DNA of 32,012 nucleotides from an uncultured Nitrospina sp. (GTDB lineage: Bacteria > Nitrospinota > Nitrospinia > Nitrospinales > VA-1), in NCBI GenBank assembly GCA_964564655.1, contig CAZMBO010000005.1, positions 1-32,012 of the forward strand. Direction: 5' to 3'. Both the position numbers and the translations under genes were made by a program. The notes under the pieces are model-generated. The model made no database searches, was not told where the DNA came from, and saw only the letters and a list, made by a program, of their open reading frames with translations. Positions 1-8,033 of the stretch are shown here, piece by piece. Within the stretch, counting starts at the first letter, position 1. The number at the start of each line of letters is the position of its first letter.

Positions 1-834
1 GAGTTCTCTCCTGAGCAATTAGTTAATATTGCGAAAGAAAATAATGTAACTCTATTGTCCCTTACCGACCATGATACCTTTGACGGAATTCAGGAGTTTT
101 TGCAGGCAGCGGAAGAAACGGATATAGAAGCGTTTCCAGGAATCGAGATCACAGTAAAGTTTCACGATTTTAATATTCACCTACTTGCCTATTTTAAAGA
201 TTATGAATCGATCCATTCGGAATTACTCCAACGAGTAAAACAAATGACCGAAACCCGGGAAAGACGTATGATGGAACTTATCCAGCGGATAGACGGAGTT
301 ATTCCTGAAAAATTTAGAGGACTGATCGAGTTTGAAAAAGTAAAAAGGGCTGCCGAGGGTGTTCTTGCAAGACCCCATTTGGCCCGTGAAATGGTTCGTT
401 TGGGTATTGTTTCGAATACTCATCAGGCTTTTGACCGTTATCTGGTAAAATACAATGTACAACGAGAAAATCTAGATGCTGCCACTGCCATATCGCTGAT
501 CCGGGCAAGTAATGGTGTTCCCGTTATGGCGCATCCGGGGGAACGATCTTACTCCCTGATTTGCCCGGAAAAGGGGAGGAAAAAAGAGAATGCCCCTGTC
601 CTTCTAAAAGAGTTAAAAGATATGGGGTTGCTCGGGCTTGAGTGTCATTACCCTTACCAAGAACGTATGGGAACAGTGCAATACTTCATCGAATTAGCAA
701 GCAAATTCGATTTGATCGTAACTGGCAGTCGAGACTTTCATGGGTTTTACAACCATCAGCAAGTCAATATATTCGGCACCACCAATATGGAACCAGTTTT
801 CCTCGAGCAATTCCAGTCTGTCTGGAATAATTGA
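1..834 (+). CDS. PHP-domain metal-dependent phosphoesterase (YciV/TrpH-like), 5'-truncated by window edge
   Basis: Frame is open from base 1 (EFSPEQLVNIAKENNVTLLSLTDHD). PHP motifs LTDHD, PGIEI, IHLLAY, RPHLA, MAHP and TGSRDFHG are present. Confidence 0.88.
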   Translation, partial: EFSPEQLVNIAKENNVTLLSLTDHDTFDGIQEFLQAAEETDIEAFPGIEITVKFHDFNIHLLAYFKDYESIHSELLQRVKQMTETRERRMMELIQRIDGVIPEKFRGLIEFEKVKRAAEGVLARPHLAREMVRLGIVSNTHQAFDRYLVKYNVQRENLDAATAISLIRASNGVPVMAHPGERSYSLICPEKGRKKENAPVLLKELKDMGLLGLECHYPYQERMGTVQYFIELASKFDLIVTGSRDFHGFYNHQQVNIFGTTNMEPVFLEQFQSVWNN

Positions 835-852
835 CTACTCATTAAATTTTAA

Positions 853-877
853 ATAAAAAATTATCAGGCGTAGCCTG
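853..877 (-). terminator. Weak intrinsic terminator candidate after ruvB
   Basis: Minus strand reads TAG-CAGGC-TAC-GCCTG-ATAATTTTTTAT: a 5-bp stem (865-877) followed by a T-rich tract. The stem is short. Confidence 0.3.
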
Positions 878-1903
878 CTAAAACAATTTTTCCTGTTGGC
901 TCTGGTTAGGGGGAGATTTTTTAAAGTGTTCGTATGCCAATGGAGTAGCAATACGACCTCGTGGAGTGCGCTGGATGAACCCGCTTTGGATCAAATAGGG
1001 TTCCAAAACATCTTCGATGGTACCCTTCTCTTCACTTATGGAGGCAGCAAGACTCTCGATTCCGACTGGCCCGCCTGCATATTTTTCGATCATAGTCAGT
1101 AATAGTTTATGGTCCATTTTATCCAGACCTTTTTCATCTACTTCCATCATTTTTAAAGCTTTACTAGCGACCTTGCGGTTGATTATTCCGTCGGCCTTGA
1201 CTTGGGCATAGTCGCGTACCCGTCGTAACAATCGGTTGGCTATTCGTGGTGTTCCGCGTGAACGGCGTGCTATTTCATTAGCTCCGTCTGGGACAATAGA
1301 TATTTCCAAGATAAATGCGGAACGGGTGAGAATAGTTTCTAGTTCCTTTTCACTGTAATAATCCAGCCGATGCACCACTCCAAAGCGTTCACGCAAGGGA
1401 GAAGTGAGAAGGCCAGCTCGCGTTGTTGCCCCCACCAATGTGAAGGGTGGCAGATCGAGTTTGATAGAGCGCGCACTGGGACCCTGGCCTATCATAATAT
1501 CTAGCTTATAATCTTCCATTGCCGAGTAGAGAGTTTCCTCAATGGCATTGGAGAGTCGATGTATTTCATCGATGAATAAAACATCGCCATGTTTTAAATT
1601 TGTAAGTAAGGCGGCGAGGTCACCAGACTTTTCGATCACAGGACCCGAGGTGCTTTTTATTTTTGCCTTCATTTCTTCAGCAATAATATTTGCAAGGGTT
1701 GTTTTGCCAAGTCCAGGGGGTCCATAAAAAAGAACATGATCTAAAGATTCATTTCGCATTTTTGCGGCAGAGATGAAAATTTCAAGATTTTCTTTAACTT
1801 TTTTCTGGCCTATATATTCGGTGAGTTTATCGGGTCTTAGCTTGTTGTCGTATTGGATCTCTTCTTCATCCAATTCCGAATCTATTAGTCTGTCTTCTTC
1901 CAT
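878..1903 (-). CDS. ruvB: Holliday junction branch migration ATPase RuvB
   Basis: LRP..L.EYIGQ, Walker [10 protein letters not shown], Walker [40 protein letters not shown]. Adjacent to ruvA and ruvC. Confidence 0.99.
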   Translation of the reverse strand: MEEDRLIDSELDEEEIQYDNKLRPDKLTEYIGQKKVKENLEIFISAAKMRNESLDHVLFYGPPGLGKTTLANIIAEEMKAKIKSTSGPVIEKSGDLAALLTNLKHGDVLFIDEIHRLSNAIEETLYSAMEDYKLDIMIGQGPSARSIKLDLPPFTLVGATTRAGLLTSPLRERFGVVHRLDYYSEKELETILTRSAFILEISIVPDGANEIARRSRGTPRIANRLLRRVRDYAQVKADGIINRKVASKALKMMEVDEKGLDKMDHKLLLTMIEKYAGGPVGIESLAASISEEKGTIEDVLEPYLIQSGFIQRTPRGRIATPLAYEHFKKSPPNQSQQEKLF

Positions 1904-1916
1904 ATGACTTTAAGTT

Positions 1917-2513
1917 TCAAAGATTATTTAAACTTTCCTTGATTAGGTCTTCCAGCGAACTATCTTTTCCCATCTTATTATAAGCCGATTTCAATGATTT
2001 TTCCGCCTGAGGTTTTTTATAACCTAGGTTGACCAGAGCAGATAACGCATCTTCGTAAGACCCTCCTGGCGATTCTGTATCTGGTTGATGTTCCATTCCG
2101 AATGTCAGATCTGATAACTTGTCTTTCATTTCCAGCGTTAATCGCTCCGCTGTTTTCTTGCCGACCCCAGGAATGGCGCTTAAACGGGCCGCATCGTTAC
2201 TCATTACTGCAGTCAAAAGATTCGCGGGGGACATGCCGGAAAGGATACCGAGTGCCAATTTTGGGCCTACTTTGTTTATGGTAATCAACTTTTCGAAAAT
2301 GGCTTGTTCTTCTTCTGTTAAAAATCCAAAAAGTTTTAACTCGTCTTCTCGAACTCGAGTGTGAATGCGAAAAGTTACTGATTCTCCTATTTTGGGCAGA
2401 ACGTAATAAGTCGAAAGTGGAGAGAAGACTTTATAGCCGATACCATTTACATCCACAATGGAATGATCAGGAGACTTATAAATCAGTTTGCCTTTAAGAT
2501 GTGCAATCATCAC
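1917..2513 (-). CDS. ruvA: Holliday junction DNA-binding protein RuvA (start GTG 2513 or ATG 2510)
   Basis: MIAHLKG, DVNGIGY, VRED..LFGF, HhH motifs VGPKLAL and PGVGKKTAER, C-terminal ALVNLGY. Confidence 0.98.
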   Translation of the reverse strand: MMIAHLKGKLIYKSPDHSIVDVNGIGYKVFSPLSTYYVLPKIGESVTFRIHTRVREDELKLFGFLTEEEQAIFEKLITINKVGPKLALGILSGMSPANLLTAVMSNDAARLSAIPGVGKKTAERLTLEMKDKLSDLTFGMEHQPDTESPGGSYEDALSALVNLGYKKPQAEKSLKSAYNKMGKDSSLEDLIKESLNNL

Positions 2514-3001
2514 TGTTTTATTTTTTGTTGCAGTCCATCGTTATGGATATGACATATGGCAGCGGCCAGGGCATCAGAAGCATCGAACGGATTGGGTTTT
2601 TCTTTGAGTCGTAATAGGGTGGTCACCATGTCTTGGACCTGATTTTTATCCGCGCGCCCATAGCCAACCACGCACTGTTTGATTTCTAGAGGGCTATATT
2701 CTGCAATCTGCAGTCCGCTATTCGCAGCGGCAAGAATTGCAACGCCTCGAGTTTGCCCCAATTTTATGACTGTTTTCACATTAGTGGCATAGAAAAGGTC
2801 TTCTACAACAACCACATCGGGGGCGAATTTCTCCATGGCAATAACCAACTCATCATAAATGTGTTTGAGCCGTTTTGGAAATGCGTCTTTAGGAGAACTG
2901 TGCACACTATTCCAATGTACTGCATGTAAATTACCCTTCACTTCTTCCACGATGCCGAAACCGGTGCAGATGCTTCCTGGATCAATTCCCATTACACGCA
3001 T
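2510..3001 (-). CDS. ruvC: Holliday junction resolvase RuvC
   Basis: GIDPG, VVEDLF, LGQTRG, EYSP..IK..VVGYGRADK.QV and DASDALA, with the catalytic acidic residues present. Confidence 0.98.
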   Translation of the reverse strand: MRVMGIDPGSICTGFGIVEEVKGNLHAVHWNSVHSSPKDAFPKRLKHIYDELVIAMEKFAPDVVVVEDLFYATNVKTVIKLGQTRGVAILAAANSGLQIAEYSPLEIKQCVVGYGRADKNQVQDMVTTLLRLKEKPNPFDASDALAAAICHIHNDGLQQKIKQ

Positions 3002-3052
3002 TTTTTGTAGCCTTGAGGTTGGCCGGTCTGCAAATGCAAATCGGATAGGGTT

Positions 3053-3808
3053 TCAGTTACCTTCGAGGATAGCGTTCATGACATCATCCGAGATGTCGAA
3101 GTTCGAGTAAGCTTTTTGAATGTCATCGTGATCGTCGAGAATATCCATTAGTTTGAGAAGAGCTTTGCCCTTATTTTCATCAACCGCAACCGTATTTGAG
3201 GGAATGCGTGTGATTTCTGCAATTTCAAGAGTGATACCTGCATCATCCAAGGCTTTTCTAACGCTTTCAAAGTTCTCCGCGACTGTTGTGATTTCATAAT
3301 GGTTGTCCACGGTTTTAATATCATCGGCACCTGCGTCGATAGCCAGCTCCATGAGTTCGTCTTCTTCTTTGGATTCGGTTTTAACTGTGATCAACCCTTT
3401 TTGCTCGAAGATCCAACTGACACATCCGTTTTCGCCGAGATTGCCTCCGGCTTTACCCAGAGCGGCACGGATTTCACTCACGGTACGGTTTTTATTATCG
3501 GTCATTGCTTCAAGGAATATTGCAGCTCCACCAGGACCATAACCTTCATAATTAACTTCTTCATAATGCACTCCCTCTAACTCACCGGTGCCTTTTTTTA
3601 TAGCCCGAGTGATGTTATCTCCCGGCATGTTCTGTCCTTTTGCAGCAAGGATCGCCGTGCGCAGACGAGGGTTACCATCAGGATCGCCGCCACCAATACG
3701 TGCGGCAACAGTAATTTCTTTAATAATTTTGGTGAAAATTTTTCCACGCTTAGCGTCCAACGCGCCTTTTTTATGTTTTATACTTGACCACTTGGAATGA
3801 CCTGACAT
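3053..3808 (-). CDS. yebC: YebC/PmpR family protein
   Basis: [34 protein letters not shown]. Classical position upstream of ruvC. Confidence 0.97.
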   Translation of the reverse strand: MSGHSKWSSIKHKKGALDAKRGKIFTKIIKEITVAARIGGGDPDGNPRLRTAILAAKGQNMPGDNITRAIKKGTGELEGVHYEEVNYEGYGPGGAAIFLEAMTDNKNRTVSEIRAALGKAGGNLGENGCVSWIFEQKGLITVKTESKEEDELMELAIDAGADDIKTVDNHYEITTVAENFESVRKALDDAGITLEIAEITRIPSNTVAVDENKGKALLKLMDILDDHDDIQKAYSNFDISDDVMNAILEGN

Positions 3809-3837
3809 GTTCTGTAAGATCCTTATTTACGTTTAAG

Positions 3838-3866
3838 TTGCTAACCAACGCCTAATTTAACATACT
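3838..3866 (+). promoter_or_regulatory. Putative sigma70 promoter for the Fe-S/flavoprotein operon (leaderless geometry)
   Basis: TTGCTA (3838-3843), 17-nt spacer, CATACT (3861-3866), then 6 nt to the ATG at 3873. No SD precedes the ATG. Confidence 0.45.
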
Positions 3867-3872
3867 AAGACG

Positions 3873-4529
3873 ATGAAAAAAATTGAAATTAAAATTTCAG
3901 GAAAACCCATTTCAGCGCAAGCGGGTGAAACAATTGTTCATGCACTTTGGGCCGCGGGAATGGCAGAATCGGTTCAGACGGGTTGTGCGGGAGGTGTGTG
4001 TGGAGCGTGTACTGTTACCCTTCGCTATGCCGACGGAAGACCGGGAGGAACAGAACTCGCTTGCATGAAGCCCGTAGAAGAGGGTATGGAGATATTTCCA
4101 TGTCCGGTGGAACCAGATAAGGCTGTCGAACCAATTGCCAATGTAGACTCTTTAACTTTGCAATCGGTTTTCCCTACTGTCAACCGATGTACGAAATGCG
4201 GCAGTTGCACGACTGCTTGCCCGATGTCTATTCCTGTGATGGATTCGGTAATGCGTATGCAGGAGGGGAGTTTCGATAAGGTTGCAGAAGATTTTACCAC
4301 CTGTATTCATTGCGGACTTTGCCGGTTTGTATGTGAAGATAAAGTCAAACCACACAGTATGGGACTTTGGATTCGTCGATCTTTAGGAAAGAGCCAGATT
4401 GAGCTAAAAATAGACGTTGAAAATTCTGATTGTGTTGAAAAAGAGTGGCAGTATTTATTGGTTGAAGACAAACAGGAAAGAATGCAAAGAGCAAAAATTT
4501 TTCGTGAAAGTGGGGGGCTCCCAGAATGA
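3873..4529 (+). CDS. [2Fe-2S] + 2x[4Fe-4S] iron-sulfur protein (FrdB/SdhB-like partner of the downstream flavoprotein)
   Basis: 2Fe-2S motif CAGGVCGAC...LAC; two ferredoxin motifs CTKCGSCTTACP and CIHCGLCRFVC. ATGA overlap with the next gene. Confidence 0.88.
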   Translation: MKKIEIKISGKPISAQAGETIVHALWAAGMAESVQTGCAGGVCGACTVTLRYADGRPGGTELACMKPVEEGMEIFPCPVEPDKAVEPIANVDSLTLQSVFPTVNRCTKCGSCTTACPMSIPVMDSVMRMQEGSFDKVAEDFTTCIHCGLCRFVCEDKVKPHSMGLWIRRSLGKSQIELKIDVENSDCVEKEWQYLLVEDKQERMQRAKIFRESGGLPE

Positions 4530-6187
4530 TGGAGTGGGCAAAAGAATCTCTTGGAAAAGTGGAACGGTCTCGTCCAGCCCGTTTTCAAAAACCTGCTCCC
4601 TTTCCAAATGACAATGAATCAGAAAGCATTTTGAAAAATTTTCACCCCGATTACTCGGGGAAAGAACGAACGTTAGTAATTGGCCCAAATGCAGGTGATA
4701 AAAAATTTCCTTTGGAACTTGCAGATTTATTAGAAGCGGATAGTCCGTTGCCTGTTTCGTATTCAACAAAACCCGATATAGAAACCGATGTATTGATTTT
4801 GGGCGGCGGTGGCGCAGGTGCCTCAGCAGCACTGGCACTGGAAGGTTCGGGGCTAAAAACTCATTTGGCCACGAAATTGCGCCTGGGCGATTCTAATACC
4901 ATAATGGCAGAGGGAGGTATCCAGGCCGCATTGGCTGAAAACGATTCCCCTAGAAAACATTTTGCCGATGCTCTTATTGGAGGGCATGGGGAGAACGAAA
5001 CCGAACTTTTACGCATTCTCTGCGAAAGTGGACCTGAGAGCATTCAGTGGCTCAGTCAACATGGTTGTTTGTTTGACAGAAATTCAGATGGCACTTTTCT
5101 TTTAAGGAGAGGAGGTGGAACTTCCGTTCCACGTGTGTTGGCCTGCCGCGATTATACGGGATTGGAAATCATGCGTGTGTTGAAAGACGCAGTGAGATTG
5201 AGTTCTGTAAATACTCTGGAAGGCCATGCCGCTGTTGAACTTTTGGATGATGGAAACTCAACGGTGACCGGTGCCGTTTTGTATGATCGAAAGAAGGAAT
5301 CTTTTGTCAACGTTTCAGCACGGGCCGTGATTCTTGCTACAGGTGGTAGTGGACAGTTGCGTTTGCAGGGTTTCCCGACCAGCAATCATGTTGGAGCCAC
5401 CGGTGACGGATTAGTGCTTGCTTATCGACAGGGTTGCCGTCTACTATTTTTAGATAGCTATCAGTACCATCCCTCGGGAGCCTGTTATCCGGAGGCCTTG
5501 GCGGGGCAATTGGTGACAGAAGCGATTCGATCTATTGGGGCGCAAGTGGTGAATGCCGAAGGGGTTCATTTCATAAACGAGATGGCCTATCGCGATGTTT
5601 TAGCAGGGGCAATTATTAAAGAAACCCGTGAAGGCCGTGGAGTAACAACACCAAATGGGAAAAAAGGGATTTGGTTGGACACCCCTATGATTGACTTAAA
5701 GAATGGAGAAGGAACTTTGGCGAAACATTTTCCCGGCCTGATTCATCGTTTTGAGCGTTATCAAATTAATCCATCACAAACACCTATTTTGATTTACCCA
5801 ACCCTACATTACCAGAATGGCGGGATTTCTGTGGATGCTAATGGTAAAACAGAAGTAAACGGATTATGGGCTTGCGGGGAGGTGACAGGTGGGTTGCACG
5901 GAAGAAATCGTCTTATGGGGAATTCGCTAATGGATATTCTGGTATTTGGTCGCAGAGCAGGAGAATCGGTAAAGGATGATCTGCCAGAAAGAGGTCCCTT
6001 AACAATGACTAGCTTGAACCAGTTTAGAAAAACTCAATCGAATAAGCAGTGCTCTCCTATCTTTTTTCCTGCTGCATCTAAAATGACACTGGAGTTTGGT
6101 AAGGCCGAAATAGAACCTGAAAAATTAGACTCATCCACTTCTAATGAACCTAGCGAATTTGAACCTCCGGATCCTTTCGCACGATAA
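4526..6187 (+). CDS. FAD-dependent fumarate reductase/succinate dehydrogenase/NadB-family flavoprotein, non-covalent FAD type
   Basis: GGGGAG dinucleotide motif, SNTIMAEGG, LATGG, QYHPSG, LVTEAIR, YRD, LHYQNGG, HGRNRLMGNSL. Has an ~85-aa N-terminal extension and lacks the C-terminal ESRG domain. Confidence 0.85.
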   Translation: MMEWAKESLGKVERSRPARFQKPAPFPNDNESESILKNFHPDYSGKERTLVIGPNAGDKKFPLELADLLEADSPLPVSYSTKPDIETDVLILGGGGAGASAALALEGSGLKTHLATKLRLGDSNTIMAEGGIQAALAENDSPRKHFADALIGGHGENETELLRILCESGPESIQWLSQHGCLFDRNSDGTFLLRRGGGTSVPRVLACRDYTGLEIMRVLKDAVRLSSVNTLEGHAAVELLDDGNSTVTGAVLYDRKKESFVNVSARAVILATGGSGQLRLQGFPTSNHVGATGDGLVLAYRQGCRLLFLDSYQYHPSGACYPEALAGQLVTEAIRSIGAQVVNAEGVHFINEMAYRDVLAGAIIKETREGRGVTTPNGKKGIWLDTPMIDLKNGEGTLAKHFPGLIHRFERYQINPSQTPILIYPTLHYQNGGISVDANGKTEVNGLWACGEVTGGLHGRNRLMGNSLMDILVFGRRAGESVKDDLPERGPLTMTSLNQFRKTQSNKQCSPIFFPAASKMTLEFGKAEIEPEKLDSSTSNEPSEFEPPDPFAR

Positions 6188-6201
6188 AAGAATTATTCAA
6201 T

Positions 6202-6798
6202 ATGGTCGAAAGTTATATTGCTGCATACGGGATAAAAATTTTTGCATCACTCATAGTTTTTATAGCATTGATCATGATGTTCATCCGACAAGGTAATGAT
6301 CGGGTAAATGCTGACCCGCAAGCAATAAAGAATATCTTGAATCAATTGGATTCGGATTATAAGGTGGTAGCAAATGTAATGGTGCCAGGGGACCGAGGTG
6401 TGTTCGATTTAGGAAATGTTGTGGTTTCTCCTTACGGAGTTTTTGTGATTACCGTTAAACAGACCGTTGGTAAAATATTTGGCGGAAAAGGAGATCGGGA
6501 ATGGGAAGTGAAGTCTGGAGGGAGTCGGGATTTTATTGCTAATCCACTTTGGGAAAATCGCAAACACGTGAACGCATTGGAAAAACTAATTGGACCTGCT
6601 CCATTTATTTCAATAGTCGTTTTTCCAAGGGGTAATTTGAAAGGCGAGTTTGGTAGAAACGTAATTCGATTAGGCGAACTTGAAAATTTCATTACTCAAA
6701 ATAAAACATTCCACATGTCGATGGACAAAAGGGATGAAATATTAAAAGCTTTACAAAAAAGCCAGTCCAAGGTTAGGGCCCGATCGGATTACCGATAA
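6202..6798 (+). CDS. Membrane-anchored NERD (nuclease-related domain) protein, catalytic residues degenerate
   Basis: N-terminal TM helix (IFASLIVFIALIMMFI). NERD-like segments VVVSPYGVFVITVK..G.IFG..W and NPLWENRKH..AL. Confidence 0.8.
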   Translation: MVESYIAAYGIKIFASLIVFIALIMMFIRQGNDRVNADPQAIKNILNQLDSDYKVVANVMVPGDRGVFDLGNVVVSPYGVFVITVKQTVGKIFGGKGDREWEVKSGGSRDFIANPLWENRKHVNALEKLIGPAPFISIVVFPRGNLKGEFGRNVIRLGELENFITQNKTFHMSMDKRDEILKALQKSQSKVRARSDYR

Positions 6799-6912
6799 AG
6801 TAATTGGGTAAAGGTGATATTTTCAAGGTTTTCTTCCATTCCATTGAATAAATGCATTACAATATCTCTCTTTCAGATAGCTGAAATTTTTTTAGGGGGG
6901 AGAAGTAAAAAG

Positions 6913-7464
6913 ATGAAACATTTTGTTTTGATTTGTGCTTTGCTGGTGGTTTTTTTGTTAGATGGCATAGCTATGGCAGTGCCTAAAAAATTTTTATTCC
7001 CAGGGCCTGAATACAAACCTCCCTGTGATACTTCTAAAACAACGATTTGTACCATAGAAATCTGGCTTGCAAACAAACATAAAAAGCAAAAAAGAGAGAT
7101 AAAGAAATTTTTGAAATCTAAATCTCTTAAGGTTTTAGGGCACACGGTCCAATATTGGCGTCCAAAAGGTGGGCATCCGCCTACAAATATTGCAATAGGC
7201 AGTGCAGTCAGCGCAGAAGATGCGCGCTTTGTTATTGATTTTGCTCTCAAATATAATGATCAGATTGATCTTCTGGTGCTTCGACCGCTCAATCCGCCGA
7301 ATTATGTTGCTATTGCCACATCAGCTTGGGATGAACTGTCACAGATTCCCATTACTCAGGACGATTTAACACGGTTGCGAGATCCTAAATTGACAACGGA
7401 AGAGTTCCATTCTCTCTATTATGAACTCACAAACGAGGCAAATGTTCAAAACAAGTTTTACTAG
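6913..7464 (+). CDS. Hypothetical exported protein
   Basis: ATG 6913 is preferred over GTG 6814: it follows a purine-rich tract and yields a Sec signal peptide MKHFVLICALLVVFLLDGIAMA. The mature part has a C-x7-C pair; no family recognised. Confidence 0.7.
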   Translation: MKHFVLICALLVVFLLDGIAMAVPKKFLFPGPEYKPPCDTSKTTICTIEIWLANKHKKQKREIKKFLKSKSLKVLGHTVQYWRPKGGHPPTNIAIGSAVSAEDARFVIDFALKYNDQIDLLVLRPLNPPNYVAIATSAWDELSQIPITQDDLTRLRDPKLTTEEFHSLYYELTNEANVQNKFY

Positions 7465-7583
7465 GAGGATCGCAATTTTCTTTATTCATTTCATTTCCAC
7501 AACCGATCTTTAATGTTTGAAAGTTAAAGAGTGGGACAGTTGTTTTAATAAATTTCTGATTCCTTCTCTTTACGCTCGGAAGT

Positions 7584-7612
7584 TTGACAAATGAAGCGGG
7601 ATTTGATAGAAG
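7584..7612 (+). promoter_or_regulatory. Putative sigma70 promoter of yajC-secD-secF
   Basis: Perfect TTGACA (7584-7589), 17-nt spacer, TAGAAG (7607-7612) preceded by an extended -10 TG (7604-7605). Confidence 0.5.
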
Positions 7613-7706
7613 CTAAACCTTTGAATTAAAAAAGGGGAAGCTTTTTATGGTTTTCCGTTTTCAAGAAAAGTAAGAAGGATAAACATGCTAAATAGAGGTA
7701 ATCATT

Positions 7707-8021
7707 ATGCTTGAACTAGCTTTTGCAATGGCTCCTCCTCCTGAAGGAGCCGATCCCGGGGGTGGCAGTTTGTTGGCTTTGTTACCGCCGATGATTATGA
7801 TGTTTTTGATCTTCTATTTTATTTTGATTCGTCCCCAACAAAAAAAACAGCAGGAGGCCAGAAAAATGTTGGATGATTTGAATGAGGGCGATAATGTGGT
7901 CACACTGAGCGGTATTCATGGAACTATTAAGAAATTAAAAGATGATACGGTGATGTTGCAGATTGCTGATAATGTTCGGATAAAGATCAATCGATCCTCT
8001 ATAGGTAATAAAAAACAATAG
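7707..8021 (+). CDS. yajC: Preprotein translocase subunit YajC
   Basis: IFYFILIRPQQKK, L.EGDNVVT.SGIHG. SD GAGGT at 7695-7699. Upstream of secD. Confidence 0.97.
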   Translation: MLELAFAMAPPPEGADPGGGSLLALLPPMIMMFLIFYFILIRPQQKKQQEARKMLDDLNEGDNVVTLSGIHGTIKKLKDDTVMLQIADNVRIKINRSSIGNKKQ

Positions 8022-8033
8022 AAGAAAGAATAA

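Noticed and set aside
4526-6187. Calling the flavoprotein nadB or a second sdhA
   Set aside because: It lacks the covalent-FAD His and the C-terminal ESRG domain of SdhA. It has a coupled Fe-S partner and no adjacent nadA or nadC. Left without a symbol.
6814-6912. Longer GTG start for the hypothetical protein
   Set aside because: ATG 6913 gives a clean signal peptide; the extra 33 codons look non-coding.
6913-7464. VemP/SecM-like secretion-monitor arrest peptide upstream of secDF
   Set aside because: No recognisable C-terminal arrest motif (e.g. RAPP/RAGP). It ends 242 bp before yajC, with a separate promoter candidate in between.
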